From: a virus
Virus record (IMG/VR): IMGVR_UViG_3300045988_034844
Coordinates: 1-18,079 of that record
Direction: 5' to 3' (one strand)
DNA length: 18,079 bases
Shown here: piece by piece, positions 1 to 6,596 of the stretch
How positions within the stretch are numbered: the first letter of the stretch is position 1
Layout: the number at the start of each line of letters is the position of its first letter
The notes under the pieces: model-generated
Database searches by the model: none
Seen by the model: the letters and a program-made list of their open reading frames with translations, nothing else
Told to the model about the DNA's origin: nothing
Program-made: the position numbers and the translations under genes

Positions 1-122
1 TTAATGGTATGACTATTGAGGGTTATGATGATTGTGATTCGTTCCCGAATGATGATTTTATTGAGGCGTTTGAGGAGGCGTGATAGGTGATAAGTAAAGC
101 CCCTAGGTTTATTGCCTAGGGG
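1..122. repeat. Left inverted terminal repeat (122 bp), pairs with 17958..18079
   Basis: The reverse complement of 17958..18079 matches 1..122 at 121 of 122 positions. The single mismatch is at position 100. Identity ends abruptly at 123. The repeat starts at base 1 of the window. Confidence 0.95.
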
Positions 123-125
123 CTT
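97..125 (-). terminator. GC-rich hairpin at the end of the leftward transcription unit, possibly bidirectional
   Basis: The 11-bp perfect stem is aagcccctagg (97..107) with cctaggggctt (115..125), around a 7-nt loop. It lies 18 nt beyond the endolysin stop. The U-tract is weak on the minus strand (UACUUAUC) and strong on the plus strand (ATTTTTAT). Confidence 0.55.
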
Positions 126-142
126 ATTTTTATGCCGTCAAT

Positions 143-820
143 TTATGCGAATACGAGGTACCATGCTGATTTGTCGGCTGGGGCTAGTGCGACGTATCGG
201 GTTGCGCCGGAGCTGCCGGTATAGTGTGCCCAAATGTATCCGTCTGCGATTACGCCACCTTCGGCGAGGTTGACGGTTTGGCCGTAGTGATACTGTGCGA
301 CTACCTGTGCTGAGGTGGATGGTGCCGATCGCACGTTGAGCACGTCGACGTTGACCTTGTAGGTGCGTGGGATAATGGTTACATTATTGTTGTTTGGTGC
401 TGGGGCTGGCGTGGTTGCCGTGCGTGGGTGGAAGTATCCGATGATTCCGGCCTTGCTGAGTGTGACGTATCCGGCCTTGTTTGGGTTTTGGCTCATGGTG
501 TTGAGCGTGCCGTTGCCATTGTCTCGTACTACGATGGCGACATGGTTCATGCCGTTTCCGTTCCAGAATGCCACATCACCATATGCGGGGGTGTAGTTGC
601 CTGCTTCGCGGGTGAAAGCGTTTTGCAATGCTTGGGAGCGATCGTATCGTGTAGTGTAGACGCTTGCGGCGTATCCGTCTACGGTGTTGGTGTCGGCGGC
701 TGGAATGCCGTATACGTTTCGAGCGTATGAACTCCATAAGTCCCAGCATTGCCCGCCATATGCACCGTCCATGTCTACGACTTTGCCGTTAACGTTGTTC
801 ATCCATTCTTGAATATTCAT
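143..820 (-). CDS. Endolysin with an N-terminal CHAP amidase/peptidase domain and a C-terminal SH3b cell-wall-binding domain (225 aa)
   Basis: CHAP signatures are present: GAYGGQCWDLW contains the catalytic Cys, and NHVAIV the His. The C-terminal YKVNVDVLNVRSAPS...GYIWAHY is SH3b-like. I chose the ATG at 820 (MNIQEW) because it follows AAGGAA and sits 1 nt after the holin stop. The longer track ORF starting at 868 would overlap the holin. Confidence 0.85.
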   Translation of the reverse strand: MNIQEWMNNVNGKVVDMDGAYGGQCWDLWSSYARNVYGIPAADTNTVDGYAASVYTTRYDRSQALQNAFTREAGNYTPAYGDVAFWNGNGMNHVAIVVRDNGNGTLNTMSQNPNKAGYVTLSKAGIIGYFHPRTATTPAPAPNNNNVTIIPRTYKVNVDVLNVRSAPSTSAQVVAQYHYGQTVNLAEGGVIADGYIWAHYTGSSGATRYVALAPADKSAWYLVFA

Positions 821-821
821 G

Positions 822-1193
822 TTAGTTTTCCTTCTTGTGTTTGGGGGTGTTGTTTTGTGCGAACACACTCATGAAGGGTGCGTCCGCTAGCTCGGGGTTG
901 ATTGCTGTGATATTTTCGAGGATTGAGGTGAGTTCGATGAGACTGATACCGCCTACGGTGCAGACGAACACGCTTACTGGCAGTCCGAGATCTACATGGA
1001 GGTTGATCATGTCCACAAAATAGGCCACCAAAGTGAGTATGAGATATGCGAACTTATGCCATAAGCCTTCTCGCATTTTTTGCGAGCTGAGCGTGTCGTT
1101 GAGTATGGCTTTAGCAAGTCCGGTAACGTAGTCTACGATGATGAAAAAGACTACCGCAAACACGCACCACACGTCCGTTGTGGTCATTGTCAT
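822..1193 (-). CDS. Holin (phage_holin_4_1 / TcdE-like, 123 aa)
   Basis: There are three hydrophobic segments. The family-like pattern is DYVTGLAKA...S..MREGLWHK...LIELTSILEN. The C-terminus is charged (KHKKEN). The gene lies immediately upstream of the endolysin. GGAGG sits 8 nt before the ATG. Confidence 0.8.
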   Translation of the reverse strand: MTMTTTDVWCVFAVVFFIIVDYVTGLAKAILNDTLSSQKMREGLWHKFAYLILTLVAYFVDMINLHVDLGLPVSVFVCTVGGISLIELTSILENITAINPELADAPFMSVFAQNNTPKHKKEN

Positions 1194-1205
1194 AGATATT
1201 ACCTC

Positions 1206-2273
1206 CTATTTTCCTAACAGTTCGCCGATAATCGATCCAAAATCGGCTTTTACCTGCGAATCGTCGAATCTGATTTTACCAAGTCGGTAGCCGGTGGTGA
1301 GTCTTCGTATGATATCGTCTGATTTTTTGACATACCATGTTTTTTCGTCAACATGATTGGGGTCTAACGTATAGATAGGGCGAGTATTGTCCTTCGGGAT
1401 ACGACGTGAAACATATTGCGAAACGTGCCCGTCACGTTCGGACACGGAAACCCATATGCCGAAACGAGCATAGTCGGTAGTGTCTAGAATGTATGATAGT
1501 TCGCCGTCTGTAGGAATGGGGGCTAGCAGCGTGTCGGATTCGTCACGGAATTTATTGCGTATTGCATAATCCGCATAGTCGCCGTCGTACTGCTCTAGAA
1601 ATCTGCCGAACTTGGATTTTGCGACTTTCGCGCTGAATCCGCCGTAATCAGCCAATTCCAAGCACACGAACCCCCCGCAATAGAGTTTGTATTGTTGCTG
1701 ATTCGCTTGCTGTGCGCCAATGTCCAAACGGTATTTCGCAAAATAAGGATTAGCCTTTTGCACTGCGTTGGACAAAAACAGTACTTTTGTTCTGTCCTGC
1801 CAACGATCAACGGTGTTGTAAAACTCAGAAAACGAGTTTACCTCATTGCTGAGGAAGCGTAGGTTGTCTGGAAATATTTCGTCGAAAATAATCAAGTGCA
1901 CTTTAGGGTAGGCTACCGATTTTAGCCCGCCTGCTTGGGAGAGTGCGACGAAGTAGCAGCATGTGCGCCAATCTTTTTCATCCCACGAAGTCTTATGCAC
2001 CTGTCCCTTTTCGCCATTCACCCGAAACTCGTAGGATGGAAAGAATTCTTGAATGTCTTTGAAGAAGGTTTCTTTGCGGTGTTGTTCCACGTCCGTTCGA
2101 CGTAGGTAGATGAACTCATATCCGTGCTTGAGATATTCTTTGATGCCGTATCGTTTTGCGGCGAACGTTTTGCCTAGTCCACGTGCGCCGATAATGAAAT
2201 TCCACGGCGCGTTACGGGTGAGCAGATTATGCAAGTCGTAGTAATCATCTTCGGCCAATGTCTGTAATGCCAT
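1206..2273 (-). CDS. DNA encapsidation ATPase (phi29 gp16-like, 355 aa)
   Basis: Walker A is NFIIGARGLGKT, compared with phi29 NFVIGARGIGKS from memory. YEFIYLRR, Walker B LIIFDEI and FLSNAV..ANPYF also match my memory of gp16. I chose the ATG at 2273, which is preceded by GGAGGTGAGCGC. The track start at 2360 lies inside a hairpin/promoter region. Confidence 0.9.
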   Translation of the reverse strand: MALQTLAEDDYYDLHNLLTRNAPWNFIIGARGLGKTFAAKRYGIKEYLKHGYEFIYLRRTDVEQHRKETFFKDIQEFFPSYEFRVNGEKGQVHKTSWDEKDWRTCCYFVALSQAGGLKSVAYPKVHLIIFDEIFPDNLRFLSNEVNSFSEFYNTVDRWQDRTKVLFLSNAVQKANPYFAKYRLDIGAQQANQQQYKLYCGGFVCLELADYGGFSAKVAKSKFGRFLEQYDGDYADYAIRNKFRDESDTLLAPIPTDGELSYILDTTDYARFGIWVSVSERDGHVSQYVSRRIPKDNTRPIYTLDPNHVDEKTWYVKKSDDIIRRLTTGYRLGKIRFDDSQVKADFGSIIGELLGK

Positions 2274-2295
2274 GCGCTCACCTCCATTATAAATA

Positions 2296-2335
2296 ATGGG
2301 GAGTATGACGTCATAACCACCGTCATACTCCCCAT
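2296..2335 (-). promoter_or_regulatory. 15-bp perfect hairpin in the leader of the ATPase gene (attenuator/terminator or 5' stabiliser)
   Basis: atggggagtatgacg (2296..2310) pairs perfectly with cgtcatactccccat (2321..2335) around a 10-nt loop. On the minus strand it is followed by UAUUUAUAAU, then GGAGG and the ATG. Confidence 0.6.
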
Positions 2336-2388
2336 CTGTCTGTGGTATTAGTCGGCTCAAGGGAAGTCATCACATGCCGACATGTCCT

Positions 2389-2397
2389 ATTATATCA
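2389..2397 (-). promoter_or_regulatory. Extended -10 promoter element TGATATAAT (late type) upstream of ATPase-holin-endolysin
   Basis: The minus strand reads TGATATAAT, identical to the 9-mer at 11956..11964. It lies 6 nt after the tail-lysin stop. There is no convincing -35. Confidence 0.45.
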
Positions 2398-2402
2398 CAC
2401 GT

Positions 2403-3617
2403 TTAGAATGCGGGTGGGTTCGATTTTCCATCCCACACGCTCAACAACGAATACGCCTGATTATAGCGATTCGTATACGGCCCGAACGGATATGTACCTA
2501 AGATGTTGGCCTTGAGCTGTGCGAGGTTTGATGCTTTTGGCACTTTGAGCGCATTGGCTGGCGATTGGTGATATGCAGTAACCCATAAGATTTGCATTTT
2601 ATTATCCTCATACTCTTGTGGATATCCGGCGTAATCTTCTGCAAACTGTTTGCGCTGTCCCTCATGGGATTCACTGCGCCGTGCCCACGCCTGGAATGCG
2701 CTAGATTCCGCTTGTGTAAGGTTCCGTGTAAACTCTCCTCCCGACTCCATTAATGCGGCGATCTGCGGGGCGGCGGTTTTGAATGCCGTATAGCCAGTCG
2801 GGTCTGCCGTCTTCATGGCATTCAACACTTGCAAACGTCTGCCGAAGCTCCATTGGGCTATTCCAATGCCCTGCAAGTTGGCGGCTTCCACCGCATCCCA
2901 GCGCAAACCGGCTTCCACCGTTCCAACCATGTATAAGGCGTACGAGTTTTCCGCGCTCACCGATCTGGATGGGTGGCCTTGCCCTTGCGAGTCGGACGGC
3001 TGTGATTGTGACGCTTTTTCCGAAAAATTATTGGCCGTGGTTTTATAGAAGATACGGGTTCGCGCGCCGCTATTGTCCGTCTCATGAAGATACAGGTTGT
3101 CGCCCTGCCAGTGTATCCACGCCCCACCCCGTCTGGTGTCGGGGTGTCCTTGGTTGTTGTCTCCGGTGGGATTGTCCACGTCCGGCTTAGTCATGGTACG
3201 GGGGTGCAAGTAGCCTAACAGTCCTACGGTGGTAAACCATTTGAGCGCGCTTGCGTCCGGATTTTGCGTGATCACGTAGATTCTGCCGTCTTTTACCCCA
3301 TCGTTGCCGGCGACTATGGCGACATGCGTGTAGGGGGTGTACGTGCCGTAGCCCCATATTGCCACGTCCCCCGCTACTGGCGAGTATCCGTTTGCTGGAA
3401 TTCGCTCGTACACCTGTTCGCACCGTGCGGACACGGGGTATGACGTGTACAATCCTCCCGCATAGCCGGTTGGGGTTATGCAGTCCTGAATGGACATGCC
3501 GTACATGTCCATGCTGTATTTCGCCCACAGGTCCCAGCATTGCGCGCCGTACGCGCCGTCCATATCCCAGTACCGGCCTTGCGTCTGTTTTATCCACTTG
3601 TCAAAAGTAATAGCCAT
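2403..3617 (-). CDS. Tail-associated peptidoglycan hydrolase with N-terminal CHAP and a C-terminal lysozyme-like domain (404 aa)
   Basis: The N-terminal 140 aa are paralogous to the endolysin CHAP domain (GAYGAQCWDLW, THVAIV, GYLHPRT). A low-complexity linker (SQSQPSDSQGQGHPS) follows. The C-terminal GIGIAQWSFGRR...L resembles my memory of the phage tail lysozyme family. Its position is analogous to phi29 gp13. Confidence 0.75.
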   Translation of the reverse strand: MAITFDKWIKQTQGRYWDMDGAYGAQCWDLWAKYSMDMYGMSIQDCITPTGYAGGLYTSYPVSARCEQVYERIPANGYSPVAGDVAIWGYGTYTPYTHVAIVAGNDGVKDGRIYVITQNPDASALKWFTTVGLLGYLHPRTMTKPDVDNPTGDNNQGHPDTRRGGAWIHWQGDNLYLHETDNSGARTRIFYKTTANNFSEKASQSQPSDSQGQGHPSRSVSAENSYALYMVGTVEAGLRWDAVEAANLQGIGIAQWSFGRRLQVLNAMKTADPTGYTAFKTAAPQIAALMESGGEFTRNLTQAESSAFQAWARRSESHEGQRKQFAEDYAGYPQEYEDNKMQILWVTAYHQSPANALKVPKASNLAQLKANILGTYPFGPYTNRYNQAYSLLSVWDGKSNPPAF

Positions 3618-3644
3618 ATCCCTTATTATAAAGGATATGGCTAT
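3610..3644 (-). promoter_or_regulatory. 12-bp hairpin that sequesters the tail-lysin start codon
   Basis: atagccatatcc (3610..3621) pairs with ggatatggctat (3633..3644) around an 11-nt loop. The ATG at 3615..3617 lies inside one arm, and the only SD-like AAGGG is partly paired as well. Confidence 0.55.
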
Positions 3645-3661
3645 ATGTGTGGCTAACGTCG

Positions 3662-5068
3662 TTAGAACGTGTTGAATGTAACATTCATCAGTGCATGTAA
3701 AACCTCTCCAGCGGATGGTTGCGACGTCTTGACTTGATAATAATTGTAATTTAAACTATTTCTATGTTTGTTTTCGGACGTAATGCCACTTAAGGAAACG
3801 AAACCCATTATAGGGTTGATGTAAGAAGTCCCCCTTCCAGCTGGAGTGAGCGCATATGTTGCGAATGGCGTTCGATTGGATGGGAGTACTGTCCCGAGCG
3901 TGAATCTTAGAAGATAGTCGGCTCGTTCGTCTTCTGTGATGGTGTGTGCGAAATTTCGGACGATATGGACGTTGGCATAGTCTATGCTCACGTCCGTATT
4001 GTCATCAGCGTTCTCCCATATATCCGCCTTGCTCATGGTTTTAAGCTGCGTGTCGTAAGGGATATGAGTTCCGGCGACTGCGCTTGCCATGAACTCGCTG
4101 ATTAGCGCATATCCCGCATCGTTGGGGTGCAGTCCATCATCAGACGAATAGGATGGATTTACGGACGTCATATAATATCCGGCCATAATCTCACATCCTA
4201 AGCTTGCGGCCTTTTCACAAAGGGTGGAATAATAACGCATTCTCTCTTTCATTGGTTTGTTGGAGGAGTGTAGTCCTTTTTCCATAGTGCCAGATAATCC
4301 GATGGTCACGATGATTCGAGCCAGCGGAAAAGCGGTCCTCACCTTGGAAACGGTTGATTCGAGCACGCTTGCACCCAATTGGATATTGACCGATAGGTCA
4401 TTGACTCCGCCGGAGATAAACACGATACTTACGGGTGCGTTCTCGCCAACCACCGCAACAAGTTTGTCTGCCTGTCCGTCGAACCTGTCTGATTGGGGAG
4501 ACGTGGTGAAACCGGTACCGCCTACCGCAACGTTTTTTTCCGTCGCTCCGAAGATTCCGCTCACAAGCGTAGACCAACGCTTCGCACTGGAAGTTGCGCG
4601 ATATCCTTGCGTGATGGAATCGCCGATGAAACCGAATATGGTGCCCTCATAGTTCCGACACACTCCACCGCGGTAGACTTTCGCAATATTCTGGGAGGTA
4701 AGTCCAAACTCGTTGACATTGTTGTTTACGGTGTCGATTTTAGTTTGCAATGCGGTGCCGGCTGTGGAGTCGGTCACTCCCATTGACGTTAGGAGGGCGA
4801 TCGAATCAATTGCGTCCGCACTTGCCTTGTCCCACTTGGTTTTCGCAGCGGTCGCATTATCCACCGTATTGTCGCCGAGCAGTGCTTTCATCACTGCTTC
4901 GTCATGGGTTTCGCGGGATTCCACGCCTTCGATGCGGTTCAGATGTTTTTCAAGCGTATCGTCAATGGTGCGCATGGAACCGTTATAGCCGTCTCGCAGA
5001 TCGGCGGGGTCACTGTCGCCATACAAATTCAGGCTGTAATTATCGGTTTTATCGTAGATGGTGCTCAT
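3662..5068 (-). CDS. Tail appendage/fibre protein with a central SGNH (GDSL) esterase domain (468 aa)
   Basis: SGNH blocks are present: FIGDSITQGY (block I, Ser nucleophile), AVGGTG (block II), ISGGVNDL (block III) and DGLHPNDAGY (block V, DxxH). The N-terminal LNLYGDSDPADLRDGYN anchor-like motif is followed by a coiled region. The C-terminal ~130 aa are unassigned. AAAGGAG sits 7 nt before the ATG, and an ATGA overlap joins it to the upstream ORF. Confidence 0.75.
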   Translation of the reverse strand: MSTIYDKTDNYSLNLYGDSDPADLRDGYNGSMRTIDDTLEKHLNRIEGVESRETHDEAVMKALLGDNTVDNATAAKTKWDKASADAIDSIALLTSMGVTDSTAGTALQTKIDTVNNNVNEFGLTSQNIAKVYRGGVCRNYEGTIFGFIGDSITQGYRATSSAKRWSTLVSGIFGATEKNVAVGGTGFTTSPQSDRFDGQADKLVAVVGENAPVSIVFISGGVNDLSVNIQLGASVLESTVSKVRTAFPLARIIVTIGLSGTMEKGLHSSNKPMKERMRYYSTLCEKAASLGCEIMAGYYMTSVNPSYSSDDGLHPNDAGYALISEFMASAVAGTHIPYDTQLKTMSKADIWENADDNTDVSIDYANVHIVRNFAHTITEDERADYLLRFTLGTVLPSNRTPFATYALTPAGRGTSYINPIMGFVSLSGITSENKHRNSLNYNYYQVKTSQPSAGEVLHALMNVTFNTF

Positions 5069-5232
5069 TGGTTGGCTCCTTTGGTTTCGCGGATAAGGGT
5101 TTCCAGCTGGTTGATTTTTTTATCGAGAATACGCATTGCCTCATTGTACCCATCCCGCAAGTCCATAGGCGTATCGTCCGCATAGAGGGGTAGTGCGAGG
5201 TGTCGTGTCCTCTTGTATGTGTCATTGTTCAT
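5065..5232 (-). CDS. 55-aa protein duplicating the fibre N-terminal anchor motif (mini-fibre stub or module remnant)
   Basis: LALPLYADDTPMDLRDGYN matches YSLNLYGDSDPADLRDGYN of the next gene at 12 of 19 positions. A short helical segment follows. The ATG at 5232 overlaps the upstream stop (ATGAACAATGA). The SD is weak (GAGAAAG). It falls below the track cutoff unless the spurious N-terminal extension to 5322 is included. Confidence 0.5.
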   Translation of the reverse strand: MNNDTYKRTRHLALPLYADDTPMDLRDGYNEAMRILDKKINQLETLIRETKGANQ

Positions 5233-5749
5233 TGTTGTTCGTTCTTTCTCGTGGGGTGACTCTCGGCTCTTCGTTTCCGAAAATATCATGATTGCCCAAT
5301 ACCGCCCAAGTGATGCAATCATACTGTGCGGCCCGTTCGGCGGTCATGGTTGCCATCTGGTCTACGTGTGCTCCGAATACCGCGAGTTCGCGGTACATGT
5401 CACGGTTTGTGTTTTTTGAGTCTTCGTACTGTCCGGTGGTCGGGTTATAGGTGAGTGCCGAGGTTTGGTATTGGTCGACTTTTTTCGTAAGGTCATCCAG
5501 TGCGGTGTCGACTGAGGTTTGCCATGCTGCGATCTCGGAAAGGACCTTGTTGATCGCTTCGATGTCGGCGTTTTCGTCTTTGGCGAGATTGTCCAACTGT
5601 TCGCGCAGCTGGTCCAAGTGTTCGGCCACCTCCTGCACATACCCGAGCACGGTGAGCGTATCACGATATGAAAACGGTTGCACCGTCGTAAAATATCGTT
5701 GCCTTGGGTCGATATCCAAGGGGGCGGCGCATAGGTTTGTTCCGTCCAT
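5222..5749 (-). CDS. Structural protein of unknown function with a coiled-coil region (175 aa), between lower collar and fibre genes
   Basis: The ATG at 5749 is preceded by GGAGG at a 5-nt spacing. The track's TTG start at 5761 contains that SD. A heptad-like acidic helical segment is present (LDQLREQLDNLAKDENADIEAINKVL). No family is recognised. Confidence 0.6.
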   Translation of the reverse strand: MDGTNLCAAPLDIDPRQRYFTTVQPFSYRDTLTVLGYVQEVAEHLDQLREQLDNLAKDENADIEAINKVLSEIAAWQTSVDTALDDLTKKVDQYQTSALTYNPTTGQYEDSKNTNRDMYRELAVFGAHVDQMATMTAERAAQYDCITWAVLGNHDIFGNEEPRVTPRERTNNNEQ

Positions 5750-5783
5750 AAAATCCTCCAATCTGTCTCAAATCAAGTATACT

Positions 5784-6596
5784 CTAATGGCCGAGATTGT
5801 AGGCGAGACTCGTGCTGTAGAGTTGCGGTACGTTGGTCATGTTGTCACCGCTACCCCACATGCCCATAAAAAGATCTTCCAGCGAGTTGATTACCATCAT
5901 GTCGATATTAAGCATGGTGTTACGCCAGTCGAGCAGCAATTGTGATTGTGACCCGCTGGTGCCGAGCGTATGCGACACGCTATTGCCCTTATCGGAAGAA
6001 TGCGCATAGTCGGTATTGCTGGTGGAAGTCGCCGTGGCGGTGCTGTCCTGCTGAGTGCTGGTATGCGTATTGCCGGTCGAGTCGGTCTGTGACGCGGTGG
6101 TGGCGTATTTGCGGAAATCGTCAATACGGGTCTGCGGAAACTCGCTATTAAACGTCATGCTGGAATTGTCCGCCTTAGTGTCGGACGTGCTGTTCGCGGT
6201 GGACTCGTTGGATTGCGTGCCCGAAGATTTGCCCGAAGATTCGTTAATGCTGGTTGAGTCCATCTCCTGCCGAATGTCGGACGTGATGAAAGGGTCGAAT
6301 TTACGTTGCGCGGAAACGTACAGCTGATTAAAATAGTCCATTTGTTCGCGCATGGTACGCCCCAAATAAAATACGAACATTTGCGGCGTTTCACTACCAA
6401 TTTCGCGTAATGCGTAGTGGGCTACGATTTTCTCATTCAATTTCGCCCTATAGTTTTCGTCGAAAATCGGATAATATTGTGCGCTCAAGTGTAGTTTTTC
6501 GTCCGTATTGAAACCACGGTCGATCAGATTACCTAAGGTCAACGTATAGTCCGCCATACTGTCTTTGACGGCGTACATGCTCAAGTCCTGTGTCAT
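5784..6596 (-). CDS. Lower collar protein (phi29 gp11-like, 270 aa) with a Ser/Thr-rich insertion
   Basis: The N-terminal YYPIFDENYRAKLNEKIVAHYALREIGSETP...YFNQLY pattern is typical of lower collar proteins of phi29-like and 44AHJD-like phages, from memory. The gene follows the portal directly with a TAATG overlap. GGAGGAGG lies upstream. Confidence 0.75.
   Translation of the reverse strand: MTQDLSMYAVKDSMADYTLTLGNLIDRGFNTDEKLHLSAQYYPIFDENYRAKLNEKIVAHYALREIGSETPQMFVFYLGRTMREQMDYFNQLYVSAQRKFDPFITSDIRQEMDSTSINESSGKSSGTQSNESTANSTSDTKADNSSMTFNSEFPQTRIDDFRKYATTASQTDSTGNTHTSTQQDSTATATSTSNTDYAHSSDKGNSVSHTLGTSGSQSQLLLDWRNTMLNIDMMVINSLEDLFMGMWGSGDNMTNVPQLYSTSLAYNLGH

Noticed and set aside
143-868. 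N-terminal extensions of several track ORFs (143..868, 1206..2360, 5065..5322, 5222..5761, 12151..13662, 15592..16152, 17151..17447, 17640..17942)
   Set aside because: In each case a downstream ATG has a properly spaced GGAGG/AAGG-type SD. The extension would overlap the preceding gene, a hairpin or a promoter element. I adjusted the starts accordingly.
2286-2291. A TATAAT hexamer directly abutting the ATPase SD
   Set aside because: A transcript starting 6 to 8 nt downstream would begin inside or after the GGAGG and lose the ribosome-binding site. There is no TG extension. It is more likely part of the U/A-rich tail of the upstream hairpin.
3187-3597. Nested alternative-frame ORFs inside long genes (for example 3187..3597, 5362..5664, 5897..6124, 8043..8285, 12266..12685, 14146..14436)
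   Set aside because: All lie wholly within better-supported genes in other frames. They are Arg/Pro/Thr-rich, as expected for off-frame translation, and lack SD sequences.
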